Translations under genes and position numbers: made by a program
The notes under the pieces: model-generated
The model's input: only the letters and a program-made list of their open reading frames with translations
Database searches by the model: none
What the model was told of the DNA's origin: nothing
Shown here: in pieces, positions 39,501 through 51,500 of the stretch
How the letters are laid out: every line of letters begins with the position of its first letter
How positions within the stretch are numbered: the stretch's first letter is position 1
NCBI GenBank assembly: GCA_002633005.1
Contig: NMRA01000088.1
Location: forward strand, 804,535 to 868,534
Origin: Phoronis australis
Taxonomy: Eukaryota > Animalia > Phoronida
Direction: 5' to 3'
DNA: 64,000 bases

Positions 39501-42500
39501 TGAATTCTGGCAGAGATTCTATGGTTATGTTGAGCCGGTTTCGGAGGCTCAAAAATTTACAACTTCGAAGTAAATGATGATAGAAGTGCTTCAAAATGAC
39601 TGAAATAATCATTCTTGAGTTTCATTTAGCAGATAATACCTTCATTGAAAACTAGAACTCGAGTTTTTCCTTGTGACAAACGCAAGTCACGTCGAAAGAA
39701 CAACACTTGCCATTGAATGTCATAGTCATGTATTTCTTGAGCAATATTACCTTAGTGAAAGACAGCATACACTGCAAGACAAAGTAAATGCTAGATAAAA
39801 GATTGTTTCCCCGTACTGACTGGTAATGGTTGTCATGGTACCAAATTTGTAATAACAGAATAGTTCAGCCACCTTATTAACTTCCTTTTCATTCTTGGTC
39901 ATGAGAGAAGGCTACTCTGGTCCAGCTGTCATAACGGGCAGTTCTGGGTCATTTTGTCTCAATACTTTTGTTATGTACTGTAGGTCTTGCCTCTGCTAAA
40001 CACTGACCTCTGTTATGTTTCTCAAGCCAATGGCAGGTGGTGGTGGCGGCCTTCACATGCCCGAGTATTTCCGCCTGGAGCAGCTGCAAGAAGAATTCAA
40101 CCTCTGCTCTGACGAGGATCTGGAGAACTCGCGACGGTTCCGGCTCATTCAGCTGCGCGAACAGGAAGTGGCGGAGTTCAAGAATTACAAGTATATCCCA
40201 CCTTTTGACAAGGAGATACCACAAGATCTGTTTGATGTAAGGCTTTGTTTTGGTCTGGCTTTAGATATGCTTTCATTGTTAGTTTGAAGTCTGCATGTCG
40301 TATGCCTTGATTCTTGTGTGTATTTTTTGGGTTCTCATGTTTATAACTTGACTGCTGTATTTATTTTCTTAATTTCAGAAATTCAAAAGTTATGTTGTCA
40401 ATTTTATTCCGCAGTGCAGAGTTTGTTTAAATCATACCTTTGCGTGACACCCCCAATTCGATGTGGTTCATAGTTCGGAATCAGCCAATGATCTGATACA
40501 TTTATTAGTTGTCCTGGATTGCCAGTGGCTTCCCCAAACACAGTCGGCCATCTTGAATTGTTACAGTGACTGGACTCGATTGACTTCATCGGTTCCACTG
40601 GGTCAGCCAGCTAAGACATCTGATTGGATGTCATCAGGGACCAATCAGATGCCTTAACTGGTTGACCCGGCATACCTGGCGATGTCAATCAGATAATTGC
40701 TGTATGTCCTTAACCACAATACACTGAGAAATGTTCAACTGCAGCATACGAGGCTAGTTTCTCTGACATGTCTCACGATGTTTTCAGGTGTATGAGAAGA
40801 AGGCTAAAGAGGCGGCCCGAGTCAAGATGACGGACGACATAGAATCTCACCGTGTGGCCGTATCTAAGTTTATGCAAAGGGTGGGTGTTGGACTAGTGTT
40901 TATTATAAATAATGTATACGGTCATGGACAATGGGAGTATAAACAGCAATGTGCTGTGTAGTGCTAATGCAACATTTACTGTTTAACAGTTACAAACTCA
41001 TCTCATCTTTTTTCCAAGTATGGAAATAAGATGGTTTAATTTACTTTAATTTTTAATTTTTAAATACAGTGTTTTTAGACGGGCCTCATTATTTATTTTA
41101 CTTTGCATTTTAACACAACATGAACTCGAAACAAACGAAAGCTGAAAGTACAGGTCTCTTAAAACGAGAAAAAAATGATCTCTCGTTAATAGCTTAATAT
41201 GCAACGTCACAAACCATACATTATGAATGACGTACAATACCACCATCTATGGACTAGTTACCAAAATAGCATAGCTGTGCTCAGCACTCTTACAATGACG
41301 TACAATACCTCCATCTATGGACCAGTTACCAAAATAGCATAGCTGTGCTCAGCACTCTTACAATCATCTATAAGAATTCTTATCAACCACTCATATCATA
41401 ATATACCATTCATAGAAATTATTGATAAGAATTCATGTAAAAATATTTATTGATTAATTACAGTATAAACCGACATTGCTTGTGTACCTTTCCTGATTGT
41501 TTGTACTTAAAACTGTTTCTATAGCTCCTGTTTGTGTGTACAGGTTCGTGAGCAGGTGATCCACCGGTTCAGGGTGGCAGCCCACCAGAAGTCAATGCAG
41601 GACGTCATCTTTGAGGATGAGGTGCCCAACATTGGGTGAGTGACCCAGGAAGGAGAGTGGTTTTTGAGCTCCTTGATTGAAGCGCACGTCTTTCTCCGAC
41701 TTACTCGGTGGCAGATCGGCCAGCTGGGTACTATCCCATTCTTGACCCAGTTTATCTTCAATTTCATGAGCTATAACTAACAGTTTAATAACATTTTGGC
41801 AGACGACAGAAAATTTTTTACCACATCCCGAATGAAAGTTATTTTTTGGTGTTTTTTGAAGAAATTTGTGTCGTCAGATTATGATTGATGCAACAGTTTC
41901 TAAAATGTCCATCACTGAGGTTGAATTGACTCAAAATTCCTAACTATTCTAATTCAAGCTTAATCTGTAATTCTTTTGGCAGTGTCCTCGATGTTGTTAT
42001 TTCTCACAGTCCTAACCCTGCACTCTGGTCTCTGACTTGCATCAATGGCTGGAGTTACCTTTCACTGTCAGTCTCGTGTGTGGACACGCCCAAGTTAAAT
42101 CGTTAAACAATACAACTGACAAATAGTTTAGGTACGGATACATCTCTATTGCAGTGCTTTGGGTGCAGTGTTCATGAAGCTGGGTGAGGTACAGAATCGC
42201 CCGCTGAAGCCAGTGCGAAAGGAAAGGAAGAAGATGTCTGGACAAAATCTACAGGACCGCGACGTCTTCATCATCGTCAACGTAGTGCGTGCCTTCGACG
42301 TTCCCGTACGCAAGGATCTCTCCGGGTGGGTATACAGTCGCTGGTGCATTGTGGGATGAGTTGTTGCTATTACGCATCGTCAGTTTGGAAGTCATCTGTT
42401 TATTCTGATTTGACAGTCATAATTGGAATTTTGCACTATAGTCAGTGGAACAAGTCAATGTAATCATGTTAAGCGAGGTGTATACACTGGTCAAATCTCT

Positions 42501-45500
42501 ATGTTCCTATCTAAAATAAAGGGGGTTTTAGCTAGTTGTTTACCCTCGCTTACGTGCCTTTGTGCAGCTTTTAAAAAAGCCATGATACCTTGGCTGAAAT
42601 TAATGCAGGCGGCATTTTTTAAGTTGCTGAGTGCGGGTCTCAAAATGAGTTGGGGTACAGCAAAATTTATCATGTTTTTGCTTGTGAGCATGAACTACCA
42701 AGCATGTGCCAAGATTCTAAAAACATTTCTGTTGTTACTGTTGTTGACTTAATCACTGTGAAAACACCGACTCAAAGTTTGAGTTAAGAACTATTCACTA
42801 TCAAACACTTGCAACTGTGTGATTTTAGACAACAAGATGTAGGTCGTGGTAACCAGGGGCAACAGGGTCACGTGAGGAATATTGCTGGAGAGGTATGTGC
42901 TGTTATGTAATTTATAGGTTGCCATAGTAACTAAGTTGTTTTTAAATGTACAGTTCCTCCGTGTTGTGTGGCTGTTGCAGAATCTTTTGTTGTGTACGTT
43001 TTGATGTAAGATTTGTACTTCCATAATAAACATGTTTATTGTTGTCGAGTTTAAGTTTGATTTAATGAACGCTTGACCATTTATACCCCTTAAAGATAAT
43101 AATATTCCGTATAAATGACGGTTTTTGGAGTACTACTAAAATTTTACTGCCATCATTTATCATAAATATCCTATGAGGTGTTTGTTTAGTTCATGGAATC
43201 AGTGACATTGCCTTGTTGTATTTCATGTTCTCTACTGAAATGTTGAAGACCCGCCCGAACTGCTTTATGTGTTACAAAGACTTTCTTTTTCATTCCTTCT
43301 CTCAGGTGTTGGTGCGCCCGTTCATTGAGGTGATGTTTCAGCACGAGCGACACCAGACGACCGTCGCTGACGGTCCCAATCCCAGCTGGAATGAAGAGCT
43401 GAGGATTCCCTTCAGGTTAACACGCTTGGTGGTGGTCCATGTATTATATGTAAAGGGCGTGACTGTTCTAAAAACGCAGGCAAAATTTTTACTTGTAGAC
43501 GAAAATTTGCAGGAAGCAATTTTTTCGCACATTTCCTTCCAGTTTGCCTTTTCTGCTGCTGTGACCTCAAAGTTATTGCCAATCTTCATCATTTTATTGG
43601 AAAGTGCAATGTTTTAAAATTACTAGATACTATGTAATATTCTCTTTATGTTGCTACCCGTAACGTTTCTTTAAGTGCATTATTTATGTATCAAAATATA
43701 CAAGTTGTTTGGCACGACTGTGGGATTAATCTTTATCTGCCATTTTCAGGCCATCTGATTTTCACCGATTTTAGCAGTTTTGTATTACCTGGGTCAGTTC
43801 AAAGAAACTATTGCACACTGATCTCATGGTCTGTGGCCAAGTGAACTGTGTCTCTGATTTTTTCTTTTCTTTCAAACAGCATAGAAAATGGATTTCAAAA
43901 TTGAATACTTTGGTCATTGTTCTATAAAGAGTTTGATGGCTGCTATCGCTGTTTTCTGAGAGTAAATCGAACTGTCACATTGCTCCGTTTGTTTTGACTC
44001 CTGAAATTTAGGTTTTTAAAAATCACATTCAAAGTAAAATGAAAATTGGGATTAAAACTGGCAAGGTTCTGTAGCCCCCTTATCTATAAAATGGCTAAAT
44101 TTGGCTAATGTTGGAACATCGTAATAGTAATGGCCGATCGGACGCATAAGTTATGTAATTAGGCTTTATACACTGTTTTCCAAAATGCCGTTTTTAAAAT
44201 TCTCCATGTTTACATGAGAGGCTATCGAAAAGGATTTTAGGGTTCTCATGAAAAATGTTGAAAGTTGTATGAAAGAAAAACGAAATGATAATTTTGTCGA
44301 AGAAATCTTCATATTGTTTGAGCATTTATATCAAACGAAATTTAGTCATGTTATTGAAACCATTCTTTCGTTTTTACAAAAAATGTGATAGTCACATGAC
44401 CCAATTGATGACAGATTGGAAATGGGTAAAAAATCAGTTGTGCAGGTCTTCTACTCTCAATTCAAGAAATAGATTACTTTTATTGAGTTAAAATCCATAT
44501 TTTTGGCTAGACAGTCTTGTCAATAAGGTACTACGTAACCTGAAGGTAACGTGTATGTTTAGTACCCAGGGTAATTTTGAACAAATTCAAAGTTCAGTAC
44601 CTGGGTTTAGCTACGTTGGTCCTGCCCATTAGCTGATTGGTTGGTTGCTTTCACAACCTTTACTGAATCCTGAATGATGGCCATCAAAAGAGATTAATTG
44701 TTCAATTGTGTTTTTGTGATAAGAATTCAATTCTTTGTTGTTGACAATTTGGCTACAGTCTGTTGAAAGCATTTGCATGGAAAGTCTGTTACATGGAAGT
44801 GTTCCTGCTTTTCAGGCCACCCAATAACGATTTTTCGCCCACCAACCTACAGACGGTGAACGATATGATCTATCTGAACCTGTTCGATGAACAAGTGGTC
44901 GATGTGTTAGAGGTACGTCTGCTCGCCATACTTTGGGGTGCTGTTTGGGGTGCTACATGAACACGTCATTCAGTTTGGCAGAGTCACTTGACAGTGGGCC
45001 ATTTTGCAAAGTCGATAGTCTTGATTACGTGATTTTTATCACCTCAAATTCACACTTGGACAGTGAGGTGTCTTGTTGTTACCATGGTTTCTTGTGGTTA
45101 GAGTTACTAGCTGCGTTTCATTTCAAATGAAGGTGGCTGTTGCAATGAACATTAACGTTGTTTTTCTTCTTAGAAGGTATGACAACCTGTTAAAATGTTG
45201 GAAAATTTTGGTGAATATTAGAGTGACCAAAGTCTTGTAAAACCAGTTAGGAAACTTGTTTTGTTGTTGGGCATCTGTTGTGTAGGTTTTAATTGTTGGT
45301 GTTTTGGACTTCTCTCTTACGAATGCAAATACATGCTACCGAGTAACTGCAACTTGTATTACTTGGATTTTGTGACAGATGTACTTATTATGATTTTATT
45401 TTCAACTCAGGATGATCGACAGAGAGGTCGTACAGTCTACAAACGCATTGAGCGTAACTGGCTGGGATCGATAAAGATACCCTTTTCTACAGTCTACTTT

Positions 45501-48500
45501 AACACTGTGGTAGGTGTTTAGTATTTACATTGTTCTAGACAATATGACCGGCAAGTGAATTATACGGCAAAAATTCTCCAGTTTGGGACAGTGAAGTATT
45601 ATTTTTTTTCAGTCAAGGTCAGAGCTTGTACCAAATTTTAGGAATAGGCGATATTGGTTCTCCCAAATTGAAGAATTACGCTCAATGACAAAAGATCATT
45701 CAACGTAACACGCACTATGGAGACTCATGAAAACATTGCATCAGTGGATATTTCCGACAATTTCATCAACTGCCAAAATTATTTTCAGACTCAAAGATAC
45801 ATAACGCTGTGTCTGATTTTTGAAAATCATGCCGAATGACAAAATTGCCCGTATCCAAATCATCAGAATCAAGAAAATTTAATTTGATATTGAATTTCAG
45901 TGTTTCAAATGTAAGAGACTCCGAAACTGGAGTATGTTTATCGTATTTTTATCAAATTTCTCAAGAAAATTTATTGTCAAGAAGAACTTATTGGTTTTAC
46001 CACTGGCATGGTCTGTACTGTACAATTATCTTAAAATTGGATCATTTTAACTAGCAATTAGTCTTTGGAAAATATAAAAAATGTAATTTTTTTGCAAATA
46101 TTTATTCGCAAATTTGATGATTGATTACCAAAATTCCTTGGAATAATTTTCTTGGATCACTTAATATTTCTATGCTTGAAGACACATGCTGTATTGTCCC
46201 AGAAAGAGGTTCAGCATTAGAAAGCCAGAAAAATGAAAATGATGTGCTTTGAATCTTTATGCCATAACATTTTTAGTTGCTTACCCAAGTGTGTTGTCTT
46301 GCAAAATACCACAACTGTGCCTTGAATGCAACACCGTCCCTGGGGACGCATTTACCTTTTAGTCTCGCTCATTTTTTCCCTGCTGTGGGGATCGTACTGA
46401 GAACTACCTTTACGTGTCTGTCCACTCATGCACCACATGATGGTCTGCCTGGAATGTGGAGGTGCAGTAGAAATTTATGAAGAAATCAGGCCTTAAGCTG
46501 TTGTGTTTTGTACTGTCCAATAATTATTATTTGCCACTTACAGATAGAAGGCACTTTCCGCATGGACGCTCCCTCCGTGCTGCTCGGCTATAGTCACGAG
46601 AGTCGGAAACGGACCCAGGTGCAAGATGTAGGGTTTGGTGCGCCTGCGGCGCCGAGTGGCCAATCGGGCGGGGCCAAGACTGACCACACCCACCTTAGTG
46701 TGTTCATCACGATGGAGCCTCAGCTTAACATACCTGAGGCATTCAAAGAGAAGGTATGGTCATTTAGCAGGCTTGTTACGGTCCAAGTTGTGATTGTAAA
46801 AGGTTCCTGCTAAATGGGAATATTTGATCCAGGTCTGTGCCAAATGATTTGCTTTGTCTTTGTAAATTGTTAATATCAATTGTCTCATGCTATTTTTACC
46901 AGTTTCTAACGAACAAACTAGCAATGAGTTGAGGAATGTGTTGAATGCCAACAGCTTTAAGCCAAGTGCATAGTAACAGATCAAGTTGAAACTAAAAGCT
47001 ATTTTACATAAAATAAAAAATGTCTAACAAATATATTTTTTCTGGTCATGCCTTTCAGTAAAAAAGTCACTGTTGCTTGTTTTAGTTCAGGGGTGCCATC
47101 AGTTGGGTTTAGAGTATTTTCAGATTGTCACAGTTTTGGAGTAAAAACTTGACAATGTGTAATAATAATAATTTACATTATGTCTTCTATTTTTTCACGT
47201 TTTCCGCCATAACTCCCACAAAGCCTAACGATGCTTGAGATTTTTTTGTTTTGATTTTTGAAAACGATATTTGTATTTCATCAAGATTCTTGCTAATTAG
47301 TGTCCCGGTAAGCTTCGATTGATTATTATTTCATACTGCATGTGGTCATATCATTGGTTATTATTCACGCTCACTTTTATTTCATGCAATTGTTGTAGGG
47401 TTTCATTGATGATATGCTAAAACGAATGGTACGCTGTCGGGATTAGGGAACATGTCGCCTGCTTTTGTTGTGTTCGTGTTTTTTGTCAGCTGGTTTTGTT
47501 GATTAAAAGCTTGCCTTCTGGGTCGTAGTCTAATTTCAGCTCGAAACTACTAAAAAATCACCAATTGCATAGCACGCTTTGAGGAATCTTACGATTTTGA
47601 ACTCGAATCGTGTGATGAGATTGGCTAAGTTTCGAGCCGGAGTCTTGAGTCGAGTCTTGAGTTTGGAAATTAGATCCTGGGCCTGTCCTTTTCTCGTTGA
47701 AAGGAAAAGCTTCCGTAGGAATTTGATACTAAGCCTGTTTTGTTTTGATATTGACCTGCAGGTAGTTTGTTGTTAATAACAGAGTAACTAATAACGTGCT
47801 TTGAAACTAGTCGTGTGAGGTCTTAGCTGTTCTAAGTGCCGGGTTAGATCAAAACACATGATTTTATTCACGCAGTCAAATTTTGACTTTTGACAAAACC
47901 GCATGCTGCGTCATCTTTTGTAACCTCTCATTCATCTCGGGTGCAACATAGATTGTTTGAAGATGGCAAGGAAGTTTCCTGGCTCTGAATTAAAGTGGGA
48001 GATTTTGACTTGACATTCAGTCAAGAATTTGAATTGGTTTTGATGTCAACCACCATACTGTCACTGTCAATTAGTTAATAAATCTAGCTTATGTTTAGAA
48101 ATTAGTGCGTCATGTTCGTGTGTCACGTGAGGTAACCATTGGTCTGTTGCTGGTGTTAGCGGTGGACAAGTTTTGACTTTTCTAAGAAAGTATCATGTTT
48201 ACTACACTTACTCTAACCTTGCAATAATAGTTGAACATTGCATATACAATGAGAGTTTAACATAGTGTATGCACAACACAGTGAGAGTTCAACACTAAGT
48301 AATATATATACAGTGAGATTTTAAGGTTAACGCTGTGTGCATACAATGAGATTTTAAACTTACATACAATAAGAGTTGCATGCTTTTCAAAAATGAGCAT
48401 TCTTCCAGAAAGAAAAATACAGAGATAAACACATCACGCAGTGTGTCACAGTATCTTTGTTCAACGTTAACACCACAACGATTGGATTTTCTAACCCTGT

Positions 48501-51500
48501 TTTTATTCTAGCTACATCACCACGGTTATGTGGTGTCACATCACTTGCCTGTGTGGCTTGTTACGATACCTCGTAAACATAATTATTTTAGTTAACGTTG
48601 CATGGTGGTGTAAAAGGTTAATAAGTTGTTGGTTTCCCAGATGTGCTATCTGTTAGTTCTGTTCTTAGAATTCTAGCTGGATAGTACAGATTCTGTGATG
48701 CCACATCACATAGTCTCCCAGTTGGCTGGTGTTTGTGGATCGCCCGTGAAAACACTTAAATGTCATGCATGATTTCGCTGTGGGGAATTTGCCTTAAGGT
48801 AGCATGTAGCGGGGTTGCCCCAGTTAATAAATAATTTTGCGATCATCAGCTAGACATTGTGGAACTATTTCACTAGGAAGACGTTTTTTTTCCCTGTTGT
48901 GAACGTTGTGTACTCCTTGACGTGTATACCCTCAGTTGCCTTAATGTCCAGTATTTGATACTAGGTTCGTTATTTACAAACTACAGTCACAAACTAGTGG
49001 ACAGTGTATTACACACATGTTGGAAGACCATATGCCAAGTGGCTTTGTAAAAAGCCTCATAGTTTTTCGATGCACAACGGGTGAGGTATATCATAAATTA
49101 ACCGTCTCGGTAAAATTGAATAAATTGCTGTAGTGTTCAGAAGCCAACTTCTTATTCAGACCACTTTACGCTATAAAACTGGTCTTGACTCATTCCTTAT
49201 TCAAACGACAAGTGATTCGTGTGCTTGGAAAAAAATACAAGTTTGACTTATTCCTTAAGACCTTGCTCGATGCACAAGCCGACCAGTGCAGCCTGGGGTC
49301 GTGCAATAGTGAACTGACAGTTCTTTCAACGCTCTGAAATCATCTCCAATTTGACTAAGGAACAGTTTAAGACTAATTTCTTAACCCTAAGTGGTCTAAA
49401 TCATTTTTTTGTGATGGAAGGTGGGTTTACAGCTGCTGTGATTTACTTGCCAGGTGTCAAGCATAATCCTAATGCAGGACATGAGTATGGGTGACTTTCC
49501 CTCCAACCCCACTGCATGAATCAATCATCAGCGTTGTCCCTTGTATGCCTCTCCAATAACCGATGCAATGACAACTCATTTCTTGCCTTAGTTCGAAAGT
49601 ACCGAGGATGAAAAATTACTTCACACGTGCGTCGAATGGCAGATGGCGCTACTGAAGCAGTTCCCGAAGAGAGAGTTCAAGACGACTGTGATTGATGTCA
49701 ACGGCAAGTCTGTGTTCATCACGCGATACTTCAAGCCACTGGCGCCACCTGCTGAACTGATTGAGGGCGAGGAAGTATCCATAAAGACCAAATGCGTGAG
49801 TAGGCCTTGAGTTGATTTTGATACTTGATACCCTCATTGCACTGAGTTGCAGTTCTAATTCTAATTCTGCTTTTTAACATTTTGCTGAAACCTGTTAGGG
49901 AGTCATGTGGATAGTTTTGACATTCATCCCTCATGTCAGTTTCTGTATTATTTGAAAGACAATGCAAGTTCGTAAGTCTGGAAAAATATCTTTCTCTGAA
50001 ATCATGAAGTTAGATGTTCACTCATTGTTTGTGTCTAGGTTTACATTCTATTTTAAAAGGAATTATTTATTTATTTTTTCTAAACCTGTGAATAACATGT
50101 ACCCAAAATGTGAATAACATGTGCCCAAAATGTGAATAACATGTGCCCAAAATGTGAATAACAGGAACCCAAAATGTGAATAACATGTTCCCAAAATGTG
50201 AATAACATGAACCCAAAATGTGAATAACGTGTGCCCAAAATGTGAATAACATGTGCCCAAAATGTGAATAACATGAACCCAAAACTGAATAGTTGACTTG
50301 TAAAGGTTGTTCTATGCACCTTTCCAATATTAACTCCAATCATGGCCAATAGGATATTCCAACATGATTGAAGTGATGTGTTTTTGTATTGCCTTCTTCT
50401 GTCTGTGTAACTTATTTTTGTAAATCTTTACTTTTCTGCCATGTACGGTAAAAATGTTTCGTATTTGGAGAAATATAATTGAAAAAAATTGTCATTTTTC
50501 TATTTTTTAGACGCTTACTCCGTCTGTGCAAATGCTCAGATTTTATCAAATGTTTGGTGGTAGCTGCACTGCACAAAAGAATAAAATATCATAAAAGTTG
50601 CTTTTATTCCTAAAATTACAGGACCATTTCTATCCCCTGCATGGGGACCGTCAAGATAGTGATATGTGATGAACGAGGCCTGGTACCGTCAGATAATAAA
50701 TACCCTGTAATGGCAAGAACATGCAATGCACATAGCTACATTATCATCAAAGTGTCATGTGATTGTCATGAATGGGTCTAGTTGAACAGTGCTTCTAAAA
50801 CTCGGCAATGTTTCTTCGTGTCATTTACAGGACCGAGTCGCACGTTTTGTGTCCCTCATTCCGTTCATCTCGGACAGTGTCATGTTCCCCGGTCTCTGCG
50901 ATATTTGGAGCACCTGTGATGTGAGTATCCCAACTTTACTTAGGTTGGCACTTTTGAGGAGAACCTGTGCCTAATGTGTTGTTCTGTGAGTCATCAGCAA
51001 TTTTACAAACAGGCGACAGTCTTTATCCTTATGATAAGTTTTTTGAAGAAACACCAACCAAATACTAAATTTAATTGGCGTTATATCACTTGAGTAACGG
51101 TATTTGTAAGATAGTGGTTTTATAAATTTGGTTATCCTCATCATCATTTGGAGCCTTGTTAGTTGCAACAGATTACACAGTTTTGCAACTTGAAGGGCAG
51201 AAACATTATATACTCTGAAAACAGTCTGCCTATAAAATTAATACTGGGACAATAATTGCTTTATAATAAATATCATTTTCCACAATGTTGCCGACATGGC
51301 TTTGTCAAGCTTTGATGAGAAGTTACTGTCAGTGTTACTCTACATTTATGCTGTGTTTTCTTCAGCAATTTCTACAAATGTTATCTGGCGACGAGGAAGA
51401 GCATGCCGTCCTATTGGTCAACTACTTCCTACACCTCGGCGTAAAAGCCTGGCTAGTCTTGGGTAAGTGGATCACAATCTGTACGGCCTTGAAAAGGGTA

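Larger units (their letters stand above)
36270..40984. repeat. About 2-kb duplication (36270-38304 / 38950-40984) flanking a 645-n gap
   Basis: Colinear copies containing three exons each; both copies abut the gap. Confidence 0.9.

Noticed and set aside
50087-50291. Regular short repeats resembling a CRISPR array; overlapping ORFs in three frames
   Set aside because: Head-to-tail 22-bp units with no unique spacers, in a eukaryotic intron; the ORFs are a by-product of a stop-poor minisatellite.
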